From Dicyema japonicum (taxonomy: Eukaryota; Animalia; Dicyemida): DNA of 64,000 nucleotides. Both the position numbers and the translations under genes were made by a program. Positions within the stretch are counted from its first letter, which is position 1. Every line of letters starts with the position of its first letter. Below, in pieces: positions 49,827-62,910 of this stretch. The notes beneath the pieces are model-generated. The model had not been told where the DNA came from. It searched no databases and saw nothing but the letters and a program-made list of their open reading frames with translations. The stretch lies in assembly GCA_011109175.1 (NCBI GenBank), contig RDEW01000005.1, positions 838,124-902,123 of the forward strand, read 5' to 3'.

Positions 49827-51059
49827 ACAACCAACTATCTAAAAGCACATAGCGATAGGATCCTCAATAAATAAATAAAATTGAAAATAGTGATAGAAAA
49901 AAATTAATTACATTTATTATGTAAAAAAATTAGTTTTTATGGTGAGGTCTCATTATGGCATGCAGAAATTGAGAACCCTATGAGAGTAGCCTTTCATGAT
50001 CGAGCACAATATTCAGGAAGAGCCATTGTGTTATTCTAGGCATACACTTCTTGTGAAGCAGTCCAATTAACCTGATAAACTCAGTCGTGCTCGGACTAAT
50101 CCCGCTAGAATTAAAATTTTATATTTCTCACAAAAAATATTGTTTTTTTCCAATAAGCTAAACTGGAGTAACCTGTAGCTGCATGAATGGTTAAGAAGTG
50201 AGTTAAATGCACTCTCCTGTTAACAAAAGCATATGAATACTTAGAGTTCCGCTTGAGTCGTTCGCTTCACTATTCGTTCCACCAGGTTTCTTAATGTAAC
50301 TTTCCTCCTTAAACTTCTTCGTAGTTCATCGAGGTGTATCGTTCCAAATACTTCATAAAGTCTCCGGTATGTGCTATAAATTGAATTTACCGGATATCAT
50401 TAATAATTACAACAATAATCAATTTAAATGTTATAAAAAACATCTATCTCAGGTTTCTTGGTAATTTTTCTTTTGAATTCGTAAAACTGTTAAAGTTCCA
50501 CAAAATATTATAGTTTTCAACAATGAATTAGTATAATATTTCTTAACTATAATATATTAGTCCTGCCTATGCGGAGCTATAAATATTACGGCTCTGGCGA
50601 ATAGGTCTATTGGTGTCACTCGAAAAATTTTTCCAGATTTTAGAATTTCGTGTAATTTTATTTTGTCTATAAATAATAAACATAACCTTTTTTCGATTAT
50701 TACTTGCATTTTGTGTTTTCAAACTTCATAAACATCACCAGAACATAATACATAAACATTTTTTATTATGTCACAGGCGCACGCGTTACACTAGTGGACT
50801 TAGAAAAAATAAAAAAAGATTTGTGAGTGTAGAATCCTTTTGAAAAGGATGTTACAGGCCATTATAGAAGAGAGATATACAGGGAGAGAAATGTCAATAG
50901 AGCTGTGATTTCAAGCTTTCCGAGTCTGACTGCCAGTTTGGCCTACTTCTGTGAGTATCCTCAAGCTGAAAGTTAAAGATACACTCCAATGTCGAACGGA
51001 AGATCCCGTCAATATGTGCGAGTTGGTCGAATTTTCGCTCGTTGTATTGTCGTGCATTG

Positions 51060-51250
51060 ATTCGATTACCAGTACTTCACGTGTACTCCATACATAATTC
51101 CACTCCAACTGCTTCCTTTATGTTTTTAGTCCAACACTTATTTTCGAATATCATCTTAGATAGTGATATTGTGATTGTCTGATTGAAGCGTTCGATGATC
51201 CTTTGACTCCTTGGATTGTTAAGCCTATTATGAATTTGTTAAAAGTTGAA
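51060..51250 (-). mobile_element. Retroviral-type (rve) integrase core remnant
   Basis: NNPRSQRIIERFNQTITISLSKM...W matches the PxSQGxIERxNxT integrase motif. Confidence 0.6.
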
Positions 51251-52099
51251 AATCGGGTACTAGCACACATTTAGTGAATGTGAACATAAATAAAGAAATA
51301 TTATCTAACACGGATATTTACGATCTCATTGAAATCGAAGAATTTATGTCTATAAATTCTTTTGAAAAAAATGCAATAGATTAAGAAGAAATAGAATCAT
51401 TAATTGATAATAATGAGATAATCATCCATGAAGAAACTACAGAATTAAAACCCCTATCGAGAATGAAATAGCATTTAAGTTAAGCGAAATTGAAAAGGAT
51501 CTTCTTGAGAACGTTGAAAATGAAGAAGATGTCGTCTTATTACATCAATTAGAAGATTTAATTCAAATATTAGAAATATATGAAGAAGCAAATTGGAATT
51601 GAATTTTATTCTATAAAATTTAATACTTCATTTTTTAAAATAAATTTTTTTCGTAATAATATCAAATTTTGTTATTTCATAGATAAGAAGTTGCCCAATA
51701 ACTATTTTAAAATTATTGATTAAATTTTCAAATTTGCCGAATTTCAATTTTGCCATAACAAATACTGTAACAAAAACGGCAAATTTGGGAGAGCTTATTT
51801 GATAATTTAATATTGGAATAAAAATAAAGAGAATTAATACGAAATGTCATAGCTGTCAAAAAACTTCTACTAGATAGTCTCTCCACACTTTTTTGTGGAT
51901 TTTAAACATCGAATAAGATTTGGAAAGAAATTAACATTTAATTTGACATTTTTTTATTATTTTATTAGATGATAATATATAAAATAGTTTAACATATGTT
52001 TTAATTATGAGAACAAAAAATATGAATTAACAATAATATTATTGATTCGAATGATAATTCTAAAATAAATAAGAAAAATACATTATATTTTTCTTTAAA

Positions 52100-54050
52100 G
52101 CTAATGGCATATTTTTGTAGATCCTTGATATTAGATAGAGTGAGACTAGAGTCTCAATTTTTCTAGAGACATTTGTAGACATTATCATTGAATGAATATT
52201 TGTGCTACTAAATCAAACAATATTACGCTTGTAGTAAACCATTTGAGAAAATTCCCAAATGGCCCAAAACCATAGTCTTTGGTCTAATTCCTCATTTAAG
52301 ACGATCACAAGTGAATCAAACGATCTTTTGTTTAAATGATATATTACCTATAATATCCGTCATACAGTACATGTGTAAAATGTTCATGTGAACATGAAAT
52401 AATTGTATCAAGAATATCTTCAGACACGGATTTACCTCCAGTATCGTAAAAATCGAAAATCTTTATATCTTGAGTTGTGTCACTTATTATGTTTGATAAA
52501 GCATTGCAGATGAAAATATATATTTGTGGCCAATTATCCCTAAAGTCATAGTTCCTATTAAATTTACACAAAACATACAATAAATAGGTAATAATAATAA
52601 GTCATAAAATATTTTTATAGTCAGTCCACGGTATATCATTTCATATAAACTTTTGAATATTTCCAGGATTCCCTACAATAACAGAATAGTTAAACTTCAA
52701 TAGTTTGTTCTGAAGTGTTCAGAGAAAACGCTTCATCGAGGCATTCATACCAAACCTCTTCCCAAGTCAATCCAATCCTAATCAGCTCATCAGTGAGCTT
52801 TGTAGAATTTGTGACATGCATTGCCTCATAGTTATAAAGAGCATAATTATGCTATAAGTACATATTAAAATCATATATACCTCATAAATGTCACTAGAAT
52901 AAGATTTATTTAAATTAATTTTATTCATAAAATCATCAAGGAGGTTGAGCAGAGGCTTTATAGAAGTACTATTTATTCCGTAAATTCGTTCATGAAGGAT
53001 TACAAAGTAATTTATAAGTCCAATTTAAATATTGTGAATAAACCTAACGAAATTATCAACTTTGAATTTCTCAGACTGATTGTCGTTAAGTTGATGATAG
53101 AAAACCTCACTTTTAATATAAAATAATAGAGAAGAGTAGTCTTTCTCTAAAAATCATAGAGAATAGTAGGCTTTTTTTTTAGAGTAGGTTTTATTTATTT
53201 GTCAAATGTACTTTAGAGTTTTTTTTCAAAAAAATAAATACTAATAAAAAATATCAACTTAGGGTCATAATAAATGTAGGATATTGTGTTTAAATCATCG
53301 CATTGAATTAACTTTTTCACGTTTCCTTCAATGAGTTTAGACATATTTAAGTATAATCATAAAGTCCAAAATAGTCAGCATCCGTGTCATAAACAAATGA
53401 CCGCACCAAATTCAGTTAGTGAATCTCCCGTTATGATTTTTGCTTATTCTATAAGTCATCAACTAAACTTATGACAAAGCGATTCTTTCAGAGAAACGTT
53501 ACAGTAAGTCTGTCTCGCTTATCTGTTACCCGAACTACTTCCCTACGTTCAGTGGACGATTGTGCCTCGAAAAGACCCTGGTGGTAAAACTAACATAAAC
53601 TTTTTTTTAAGTGGGATATCACATCAAAGGAATAAGACTTTAGTTCATTAGATAAATGTTCATCATGGAGATCAATAATCTATAATAGTATAATGGAGTA
53701 CATGAAGTGCAGATTCATAATTATTCTTAGCAATTGCTCCCACCGATAAGTAGAACGCTCTCTAGGCAGTTTTAAAGGGTAGTTTTTCATTATAATTATC
53801 GAATATTCTCCACTTTCCGAACTCCCATAATGTATCACTGCTATGATCATCATATTTTATAGTTGTTCATATTGCTTTCGTTATGTTGTTTTATAGTGTC
53901 AAAGGCCTTTTCTAAGCAACTTCGAATTGCTGATTTATTTATTTCGTTCCAGGCCAATTTTGAAGAGATTCCATATTTGTCACAAATAAATGCTCTTACA
54001 CACCCGACTTTATTTCCTACATATCATAAATTTTAGTTTGATTTACTTGT
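52100..54050 (-). pseudogene. Divergent ZYG11/ZER1-like paralog (Z3), degraded
   Basis: ICNALSNIISD...FYDTGG, and KRSFDSLVIVLNEELDQRLWFWAIW, which parallels Z1/Z2 KSIDNLVELFNEQFDQRLWFRAI and ZYG11/ZER1 YRSF..L...Q.WA.WA. Confidence 0.55.
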
Positions 54051-54249
54051 AGCTTCTACTCCTAAATTTTGGAGGATAAATTTAAAAATTAAGAATTGCA
54101 AGATCATTTACGAAATAGAACAAGCTTAATAATTTTATTATTAATCAATTTATTAACAAAAATAATATGGAATAAGAATAATTAATAAACTAAAGACCTA
54201 TTCTGTACAATCTGTTGTCGGAAATGAATTTGTGGAGATTTCTATAATC

Positions 54250-55450
54250 ACGATTATCAGTACGGATAAGGCTGTATGAATAACAAACCTTACACTAATC
54301 ATAACGGAAAACCAATAAATGCTCTTCACTTCTTTTTTTTTTGTTTGCTGAAATCTCCATCTATCAGATTCCCTTCAAGACTCGGTGCAGTACATCTTCA
54401 AGAGTGGATGGAACATTTTTAGTGTTTGAATCATGTTATTGACATTTGGAATAATAAGATCACATCAATGGATCAACATTTTTTTGCTAATGGGTTTCTT
54501 ATTGACCACATATGGGTCCAAACCCCGACAATATACTCCTCAATAGTTTTGATCGTCAAATATCATTATTTTTTATTTTATTCGTCAATACAGGTTCGAA
54601 TCTTGCCTATACTGAAATCCTGGGAATATTGTGCTTGAAATCTGAGTCAAGGTACGTTCACTAGATTTCATTATAAGACTACACTATTAGTACCAACTAA
54701 AATTTAATGGTCTTAGGCATTAAGTTATAAAACCTGAGTCTTCCAATGAATCAACAAATATACTTTACAAAGGTGAATTGATATAATAATTATGGTGTTA
54801 ATGATAGTGAGATTCTCAGCTTATTATATGTTAACAAAGCTGGGTTTACAGCTTAACTTGATGGCCACTGTCGATTAACTGGTCATAAGATGAAAATGGT
54901 TGTGTAGCACTTCTTTAAATATTTATCCAATGATGGAAGAAAGAGACATTTGAACTAAGAACCATCACCTGCTTTTTAAAAAAACTTCAGTCGGAATGTG
55001 GATAAGTCATATAAGTCTCAAGTTGCAGGGGCTCGGAAAGAAGTTACCAATCATGTTTGGAAGAGTCATTCTGGATTCTCTCTTCTTTGTCCTTGATAGT
55101 GGGCCGATTATTTTGACAAACTCTGGTTTTTTCCGTGTTAACTTTTAAGAACGATCAATTCTTCGTTGTGAATCAATTATGTGAAATGAAGTTTCGTCGT
55201 TTAAATAAAATAGTTGGGTTGTATCAAATGACAACTGATATAGAGGTACGTTCTTGAAGCAACACTTCCTCGCTTTTATCCTTGTTGATATTTTGGGTTA
55301 TTGACCAGTCTGACAGAGTAGCTAGACTGCTATGGCCAAAGATTTCTGACGTTTCCAAGTAGAAAGGAGCAGTTATCCACGTCCTTCAACTGATTGACCT
55401 GGATGAGATTGGAACTGCAGTATTCAATTTTTAAAGGTAATAACGACATT
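54250..55450 (-). mobile_element. Degenerate Penelope-like RT remnant
   Basis: Collinear broken motifs VLHNHF...KPSFVNI, a KY.VD-like segment and VNKKPISKKMLIH resemble PLE RT/thumb motifs. Confidence 0.4.
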
Positions 55451-56249
55451 TGAACAAGAAAAGAAGGTGAAGATCACTCATTCGTATAAAAAAATAGAGT
55501 CTAACAAATTTATTTGCCGCCTGGTTAGTATTATGTAGTTATATATGACCAAATAAGAAATAATTAATGATCTCCAGCTTCTCTAATCTACTGGAGAGGT
55601 TCCCACTATTGGGGATATGGATGAACGTGATGTTTGAAATGAAGCGCCAAATGACTCCTTTCTGCTGTACCTTCTCAAATTCTAAGTAGCTTCAAGCGAT
55701 CCTTCGTCTCAGCAGAAGATTAGTGAACAGTCGGGATCAAAAGAATATATAAAGCTTATTCATCCACTGGTGGGGCTCATAATGTGTTAATGTTGATAAA
55801 CGCGATTTTTGAGAAGAGCCGTGAACTTAGTGTGACCGTGGTAACTAGAAACATTTTAGACATTATCTCTTGACTTCTTTCATATATAAGGGGTTGAAAA
55901 TTAAATACATGCAAATTAGAGTAGTTGGTAAATTTTGATAAATCTGCTAAGGACTGGTTATTAATTGGTTTTTTTAGTAGAAAAATTATAGTTAATTGTC
56001 GTTATGAGTTTATGATGATGCATGCCTCTTCCTCTTGTATATGACGAAGTGGTTGAATTAAGAGACATAGTATAAACGATATAGTTCGATAGAGAAAAAG
56101 TAGATGTCGTACCGTAGCTTTATTATCTAACTCGTAGAAATGAGTCAATATGACAATAGTGAAAAAAAGACACTCCTTAATAGTTTGAGATCCGATTTAG
56201 TAGACACATGTGCTTTCTCAAATTGATGTATTTAAATGGTAAAAAATTT

Positions 56250-57090
56250 GTGTGTCAATTGAATTAAAGGCTTGCGGTACAAGAAAACTATGGGGAAGCT
56301 GCTAATCCTTGAATTTTTCTAAACTTATCGTAGATAAAGTGGTTATTTGAATACAAAAGACTGAAAAATGTTTCTTCTTTCTGACGACAATTTCATGTTA
56401 GTTTAGCTAAATCACGTTGAAACTCGTAAAAAATTATCAACTTGGTATTTCCCTGTATATTAATTGGAACATTGGGAATTGGCGACAAACAAGTAGTTCC
56501 TTTGTTCCCCCTTAAGGTAGACCTGCCGATGTTGGTCAGACATGATAAAAACTTCGACTGGCATTTCTGATGGTTTTTTATTTAAAAAACTTTTGGTTTT
56601 CAAGTGCACCAAGAACAAAAGCTAAAAAATATATCCAGGAGATAAAGACAGTTAGTATGCCAATACTTTGGTATATTGGATTACAAACTTAACTTCCGAG
56701 AGTATTAACAACTTCGTTGAATGGTTTCTCTGTTTCATAAATATTCTTAAAACGAATATAGTAGCTAATATTCTAGATAATTGGATTATCATTGATTCCA
56801 AGTATCCTAAACGTCCAAATATTCATAAATCTCTACCTAGCGATAGTGAACTTCAGGATAATCGTAATTTCTTCCTTTAAAATTAAATTTATTGAACCAA
56901 AAAACACTATCACAGCCATAATGAAAAAATCCGGTGATCCCGTTCTCCCTTTAAATCTTCGCATGCTCTAACTTGAAGCAAGTGCCTTCTAGGTGGAACC
57001 CCTTTGCATGGTTGTTGATTAATTGTCTTTTTGGATATATAAAAGGATTATATCCACTGGATGTTTTTTGACTAATAGTTTTATTTGACA
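56250..57090. repeat. Duplicated block Y (copy 1)
   Basis: Strongly similar along its length to 61540-62400. Confidence 0.9.
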
Positions 57091-57275
57091 AATACTTGCA
57101 ATTTTCAAATTCTTTTTCCATAAATAATAACAAATTGAAAACCGATTATATTAACGTTTTTTTTAATTTCCAATTTATTAATCTAAGAAGATTATAAAGC
57201 TTAACTGTTATAATTCCAAATTCTAATTACTCAAGCAGAACATTTTCCAGAATTAATAACTTCAGTATCATTGAT

Positions 57276-57348
57276 GCCTCCGTGCCGTAATGTTTAGCGC
57301 GTGCGGCTGTTAACCGCAAGGTTGCTGGTTCGAGTCCAGGCGGAGGCG
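57276..57348 (+). tRNA. trnN-GTT: tRNA-Asn (GTT), possibly variant or pseudo
   Basis: Acceptor stem GCCTCCG/CGGAGGC, anticodon arm TGCGG-CTGTTAA-CCGCA, T loop TTCGAGT. The D loop lacks GG and the D and T stems each have a mismatch. Confidence 0.75.
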
Positions 57349-57559
57349 TCTACTTTGAAATTTTTTCAAATATCTTTAAAAAGACATCAATATGGAAAAT
57401 TATAAACTTAGCAATTCTGCATGAATAATTCTCTGTATTTACAAAAATAGCAGATTATCTTTTAAAAAGGGTTAATGATTCATAAGTCTTCCAACAAAAT
57501 TCAGACAACGAATAATAGCAAATCGTCTCCATAAGCAGAACGGAGGGATACATTTTCTA

Positions 57560-60146
57560 AAATTATCAATTCAGGTTGAATGGATTTGTTTTAAGAGCAA
57601 AAATATCAGCAAATAGCCAATAAATCCCATGACTTTGTCAAAATTGATTGGGCAGAAATATTAGTAATTCCTTTTTCAGAAAATGAAAATTGGATCATAA
57701 ATTGAGAAGATATTTTTTAAATTCTATTTAACTTATTAATTACAAAATGTTAACAAAATCTGATAAAATATTATTAATTAATTATAACGAACTATATAAT
57801 TATCTGAAGTATATTTCTAAAATAATACTAATTATACATCATATAATTCGATAACTTCCTGAGCTTGTTTATGTAAACGTTTCAAATCTGAAAGTAAGCA
57901 TACTTTTATGATTTTATTACGGACTTTGTTAGACCTCATCATTGGCACAAATATGTTTGCTATATCATTAACAAATATTACGTGAGTTTTCAATCATCTT
58001 ATAGCAAATCCGAATTGCTCTAAACCATAATCTTTGGTCAAATTGTTCATTAAAAAGTTCTACTAGGTTATCAATCGATTTTTATTAAATTGATTTAGTA
58101 CCGATGATATTCGTGATAATAGATACGAACGTGATTCCATTCTGTTGACTTATAAATTATCATAAGAATCTCTTCAGACAAAATTGGATCGTAGAAGCTT
58201 CAATCGAATCGATCATTAAGTTGCACAAAGTATTGCACATGGTATCATAGACAAATGAGCAATAAATATGTTTTCAGTATTCCCTTTAAAATAACTCGGA
58301 ATATACATTAAATAATGAACCAACCTACTGTTCCAAACAAGATGTCGAATTTTCTTAAATTTTGTTAGATTTGCAATAACATTAAAAACTGGACATAAAA
58401 TGTATTTATTTTTAATATATTCTCGAAAAAAATCTAGAATTAAATTAATCCCGCCCAACTCTACAAACAAGGTAATATTTTTAAGGTTATCATCTATCAC
58501 AAAAATAAAATAATTTTACTAAGAAGATACGATATATAATTCCAAGAAATATTACAAAATGAATAATTTATCAAATCCCTATTCTTATCAATGTAATCAA
58601 CTAATAACTGAATTTAAATTCACAATCACCTTGAGAGTGCCATAAAATCCCAAATAGGACATTACTTCGTGACTTAACATCCACATCGGAATATATACGA
58701 CATTAAGTGGATTTTCATAAATTAAAAGCGTATGAACCAGGTTTATGATTGTCTGAATAATCATTGAAATCGACAGAAACTTTAATTAGATAATTAAAAT
58801 ACATTTTTTGATAAGTTCCATGTTTGTAGATGGTACATCAAACAATCTAAATCATTCATGAACTGAAAATTTTAAAATCGTGACAACCTCAGTATCTCTG
58901 CAATTATTTTTTAGAATAATTAATATCGTTTGATAAACAAGGCTAAATTACATAAACTCCAACCATCTATATGATTCAGAAATGTTTTTATTTTTGATTT
59001 TATTTATCAGACAATACCTATAATATACACCAACACAATTACATAATTGATTTAATAACGTTAGGATTTTTTGATGTTCTCAACAACCGGCAAATAAACT
59101 CAAATATACATACCAATATACCCTCAAAAATCGTTTATAAAGTGAAGATCGAATTTCATAATTACATTCACAAATATTATTTATTGTATAACAAAGAAGC
59201 TCATCTTTATGTTCGAAATAAAACATAGCATTGACAAAATTGTGCATCATGAAATTTGAATCAATCTTTAATAAATCATAATTATATGACTTTGTCATTA
59301 TTTTTGAAAAATTGCGAAATTTTATCGTAACTAAACTTTTGAATTCCTCTTTTGAACAGTTCTCTAAAGTTAGTAGTTAAAATACGGGTTTAATAATTCA
59401 TAATTAATTGAGAATCCTGACAAATCAAAAAATTCTAAATTCTTGGCTAATCTTAACAGTGGTATGAAATCACAGATTAATTCATGGACATTTTTGCTGT
59501 TAGTATACGAAAAGTATCTCAATATAACAAACAAAAACTTTAAAGACTCTGGACTGTTAAGACAATTCGAAAAATCTTCGAAATTGGAAATCAGAACATT
59601 GTCAAAATTGATAAATTCGAGTTCTTTTATCAATTTGATAGTGCGGCTATAAATTGTAATTAGAGAACTTTTTGTTAGTGAATAATTTGATAAAAGTTCA
59701 AGCGATCTAATTTCACTAAATCCGCTTTCAATTAGCAAATGTAATAAAATTGGGTCATCATAATCCAAAAGTGTGAAAGAATTGACATTATTTGTAAACT
59801 GCAGTGAAGGCAAGTTATCAGAAGATATTATCTTTGCTAATTTAATATTTATTAAATTTGGTAGAATTTGGCACAAATTTGCTAAATCTTTAATATCAAT
59901 TTCATTTTTAGATAAATCGAGGCAATAAACGTTGTAACAAACTTCACGACATTTATTGAATTTCGAGAAATCATCGAAAATTGATGATATCATTTGTGAA
60001 TTGAAATAATCAAAATATTTTATCTCATAATGTATTCTTTTAGAAATCATTATCTTTGACTTTGAATTTAATTTATTATATTTATTCAAATTAAAATTTT
60101 TTCGAAAATCATTTATACAAATTGAATACAAAGAGAAAATCTGCAT
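57560..60146 (-). pseudogene. ZYG11/ZER1-like LRR-ARM gene, copy Z2
   Basis: 258-aa LRR-like ORF at 59370-60146 and ARM ORF at 58216-58500. Colinear and highly similar to 44100-46693. Confidence 0.6.
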
Positions 60147-60282
60147 ATTGTAACTAAATATATGAATTAATTAGATTAAAAAAAACTTTAATATTATTAT
60201 TAATAATAAACAAACAATTATAATAATTTAATGACGATCTCAATAGTAAACTAATAAACAAATGACGATCTTAATACAATCC

Positions 60283-61525
60283 AAGATCTATTCTACAAAT
60301 ATTCCCTCTGTATGGAAGTCATGGCTCACAAATTTCCTCTCGGGAAGACTGGGCCATACGTGTCTATATTCAAATCTATCAAGATATCGACTCCTACCAA
60401 ACGGTGTTCCCCAGGGATCAGTCCTTTCACCCTCACTTTTCAACCTTTACGTCAAAGATATCCCAACAACCCAAAATACGTTACTATTGACATATGCCGA
60501 TGATCTAGTAATCGCATCCAGGAGTGGCGATGTTCGACTGGCCACCGAAAAAGTGCAGTACCACCTGAACTTGCTATCCGACTGGATGAACTTAAACTGG
60601 ATGAGTGTTTCCACCTCGAAGTCATCAGCTACCCTGTTCACAACCGATCGAAGACAATTCAACCTAAACCCCACACTCTCGTTGGGAGACAAACCACTCC
60701 CCTTAAATAAATACCCGAAGATCCTTGGAGTTGTCTTCGATCCTTCACTCTGTTTCAACAGACAAGTGGAGGAAGTAATGACAAAAGCCAAGCGGAAACT
60801 TAACATATTACGGGCAGTAGCTGGCCACTCAAACGGTCAGCAAAAAGAAAACTTAACTCTTCTCTACAAACAGTTCATCAGGACTACACTAAACTACGCC
60901 TCACCAAGTTAGGCCCCCTCAATCTCCTTGTCCCTTTTTCAAGAACTGCAGAAAGTGCAAAACTCGGCGCTGAGATAATAACTGGCTGCTTAAAGTCAAC
61001 CCCCACCGACCATTTACATTGGGAGTCGAAAATCCTCCCGCTCTCTGGAAATGCGTAATTTACAATTCCTACGGCAGTCGTTCGACCCGAATCACCCAGT
61101 TCACGCTTTGCTAAGTAACAATAACCGCAGATACATACGCAGGACCCTCTTTGACCTACAAAGAGCCTTGTCGAAGATCACCCCCCCTCAAGAAGACTCA
61201 ACTTGGACCCGCCGAATCCATGATTTCATCTCGACACGGGCCATTAGGACACTTCAATATAACAAAGTCTTGGAGCGCTTCCCCCCTGATATCAGTCCAA
61301 CGGAACAATCGCTCCCGAGGAAGATCAGAATCGGACTGGCTCGCCTACGATGTGGACACCACCCTTTCCTGGCTGGCATAGTAGTTCGGGACCTTTTTCC
61401 CTGCCCTGGACCACCGGATGCAAAAGTCGAGGATCTCTGGGAGCGGCCTGTCCGGACTGCACGCTCTCTGATGGTCGTCGGCTTCCCACTTGCTGGCGAA
61501 GCCGGGGTTAATAATTTAATTTAAT
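60283..61525 (+). mobile_element. 5'-truncated LINE (RT C-terminal half) with 12-bp TSD and (TAATT)n tail
   Basis: GVPQGSVLSPSLFN...YADD...KILGVVFD...LARLRCGH. TSD ttaatacaatcc at 60271-60282 and 61526-61537; empty site caatacaatcctgaa at ~46819-46833. Confidence 0.92.
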
Positions 61526-61539
61526 TTAATACAATCCTG

Positions 61540-62400
61540 AAGTCAAGTGAATTGAAGGCATTCGGTACAATAAAACTTTGAAGAAACTGCTAATCCTTGA
61601 ATTGTTCTAAACTTATTATGGATAAAGGGGTTATTTTAATTCAAAAAACTGAAAAATGTTTCTTCTTTCTGACGACAATTTCATGTAGTTTAGCTTAACC
61701 AAGTTGAAACTAGTAAAAATTATCACCTTAGTATAATCCCTCTATATTAATGGGAACATTGGGAATTAGCGAATAACTATTAGTTCCTTTGTTCCCCCTT
61801 AAGGTAGACCTACCGATGTTGGTCAGACATGATTAGAACTTCGACTAGCATTTCTAATGGTTTTTTATTTAAAAAACTTTTGGTTTTTAAGTGCACCAAG
61901 AACAAAAGCTAGAAAATATATCAAGGAGATAAAGACATTTAGCATGCCAAAACTATGCTATAGTGGATTGCAAACTCAACTTCCGAGCGTTTTAACAGCA
62001 TCGTCAACTGTTCGCTATGTTACATAAATATTGTTAAAACAAATATAGTTGCTGAACATTCTAGATTATTGGATTATCTTTCAATCAAGTATCCTAAATT
62101 TTTAAATATTCATAAATCTCTACCTAGCGATAGTGAACTTTAGGATGAGCGTAATTTCTTTCTTTAAAATAAAAATTATTAAAACAAAAAACACTGTCAC
62201 AGCCATAATGAAAAAATCAGGTGATCCCGCGCTCACTCAAGAGTTTTGTATGCTCGGACTTGAAGGAAGTGCTTTCCAGGTGGAACTCCTCTGGATGGTC
62301 GTTGATTAATTGTCTTATATTATATATATATATATATATTAGGATTATATCTGGAGCCACTGTATGTTTTTTGACTAATAGTTTTATTGACTAATACTTA
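61540..62400. repeat. Duplicated block Y (copy 2)
   Basis: Matches 56250-57090. Confidence 0.9.
62317..62339. repeat. (AT)n microsatellite
   Basis: Run of TA dinucleotides, not present in copy 1 of block Y. Confidence 0.8.
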
Positions 62401-62910
62401 CATTTTTCGAAGTATCTACGTAACTAAGCTAGACTGAAATAGTTTAAAAAAGAGATCGAAAATATCTCCTAGAAACAATTTAAAATGACAATAATGCTCT
62501 TGTATAACCAATTATCAAGTAAAAAAAATATTAGGAATTTTTGAGAGGTCAATTCCTGTAGTTAGTTTAACCAAAATATCAACAATTCTGGTAACACGAA
62601 TATTTTGTCTCAAATAGTCTACAAATAAAAAAAATAGATAGTTAATGACCCCATTTTCGTTGTAGTTATAGGCCTAAGGATAAATTTCGCAAAAACTTTA
62701 AAATCATTGTAGAATGCGTAGAATGATCGAAATTCTTCAATTCCAAGGTGTCTTGAAGATACTGACAGTCTTCAATAGTTGCAACATTTTCGATATATCT
62801 GGCCTCAAATAAGATGCTACATCCGACTTAATATGATATCCATGCATTACCACGGTAAACGATAGTGCCCTTGTTGTCAAAATGACAATTGCGATAAGAC
62901 CCTCTAATCT

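Noticed and set aside
54590-54610. ggttcgaatc T-loop-like sequence
   Set aside because: No acceptor, D or anticodon stems can be formed around it.
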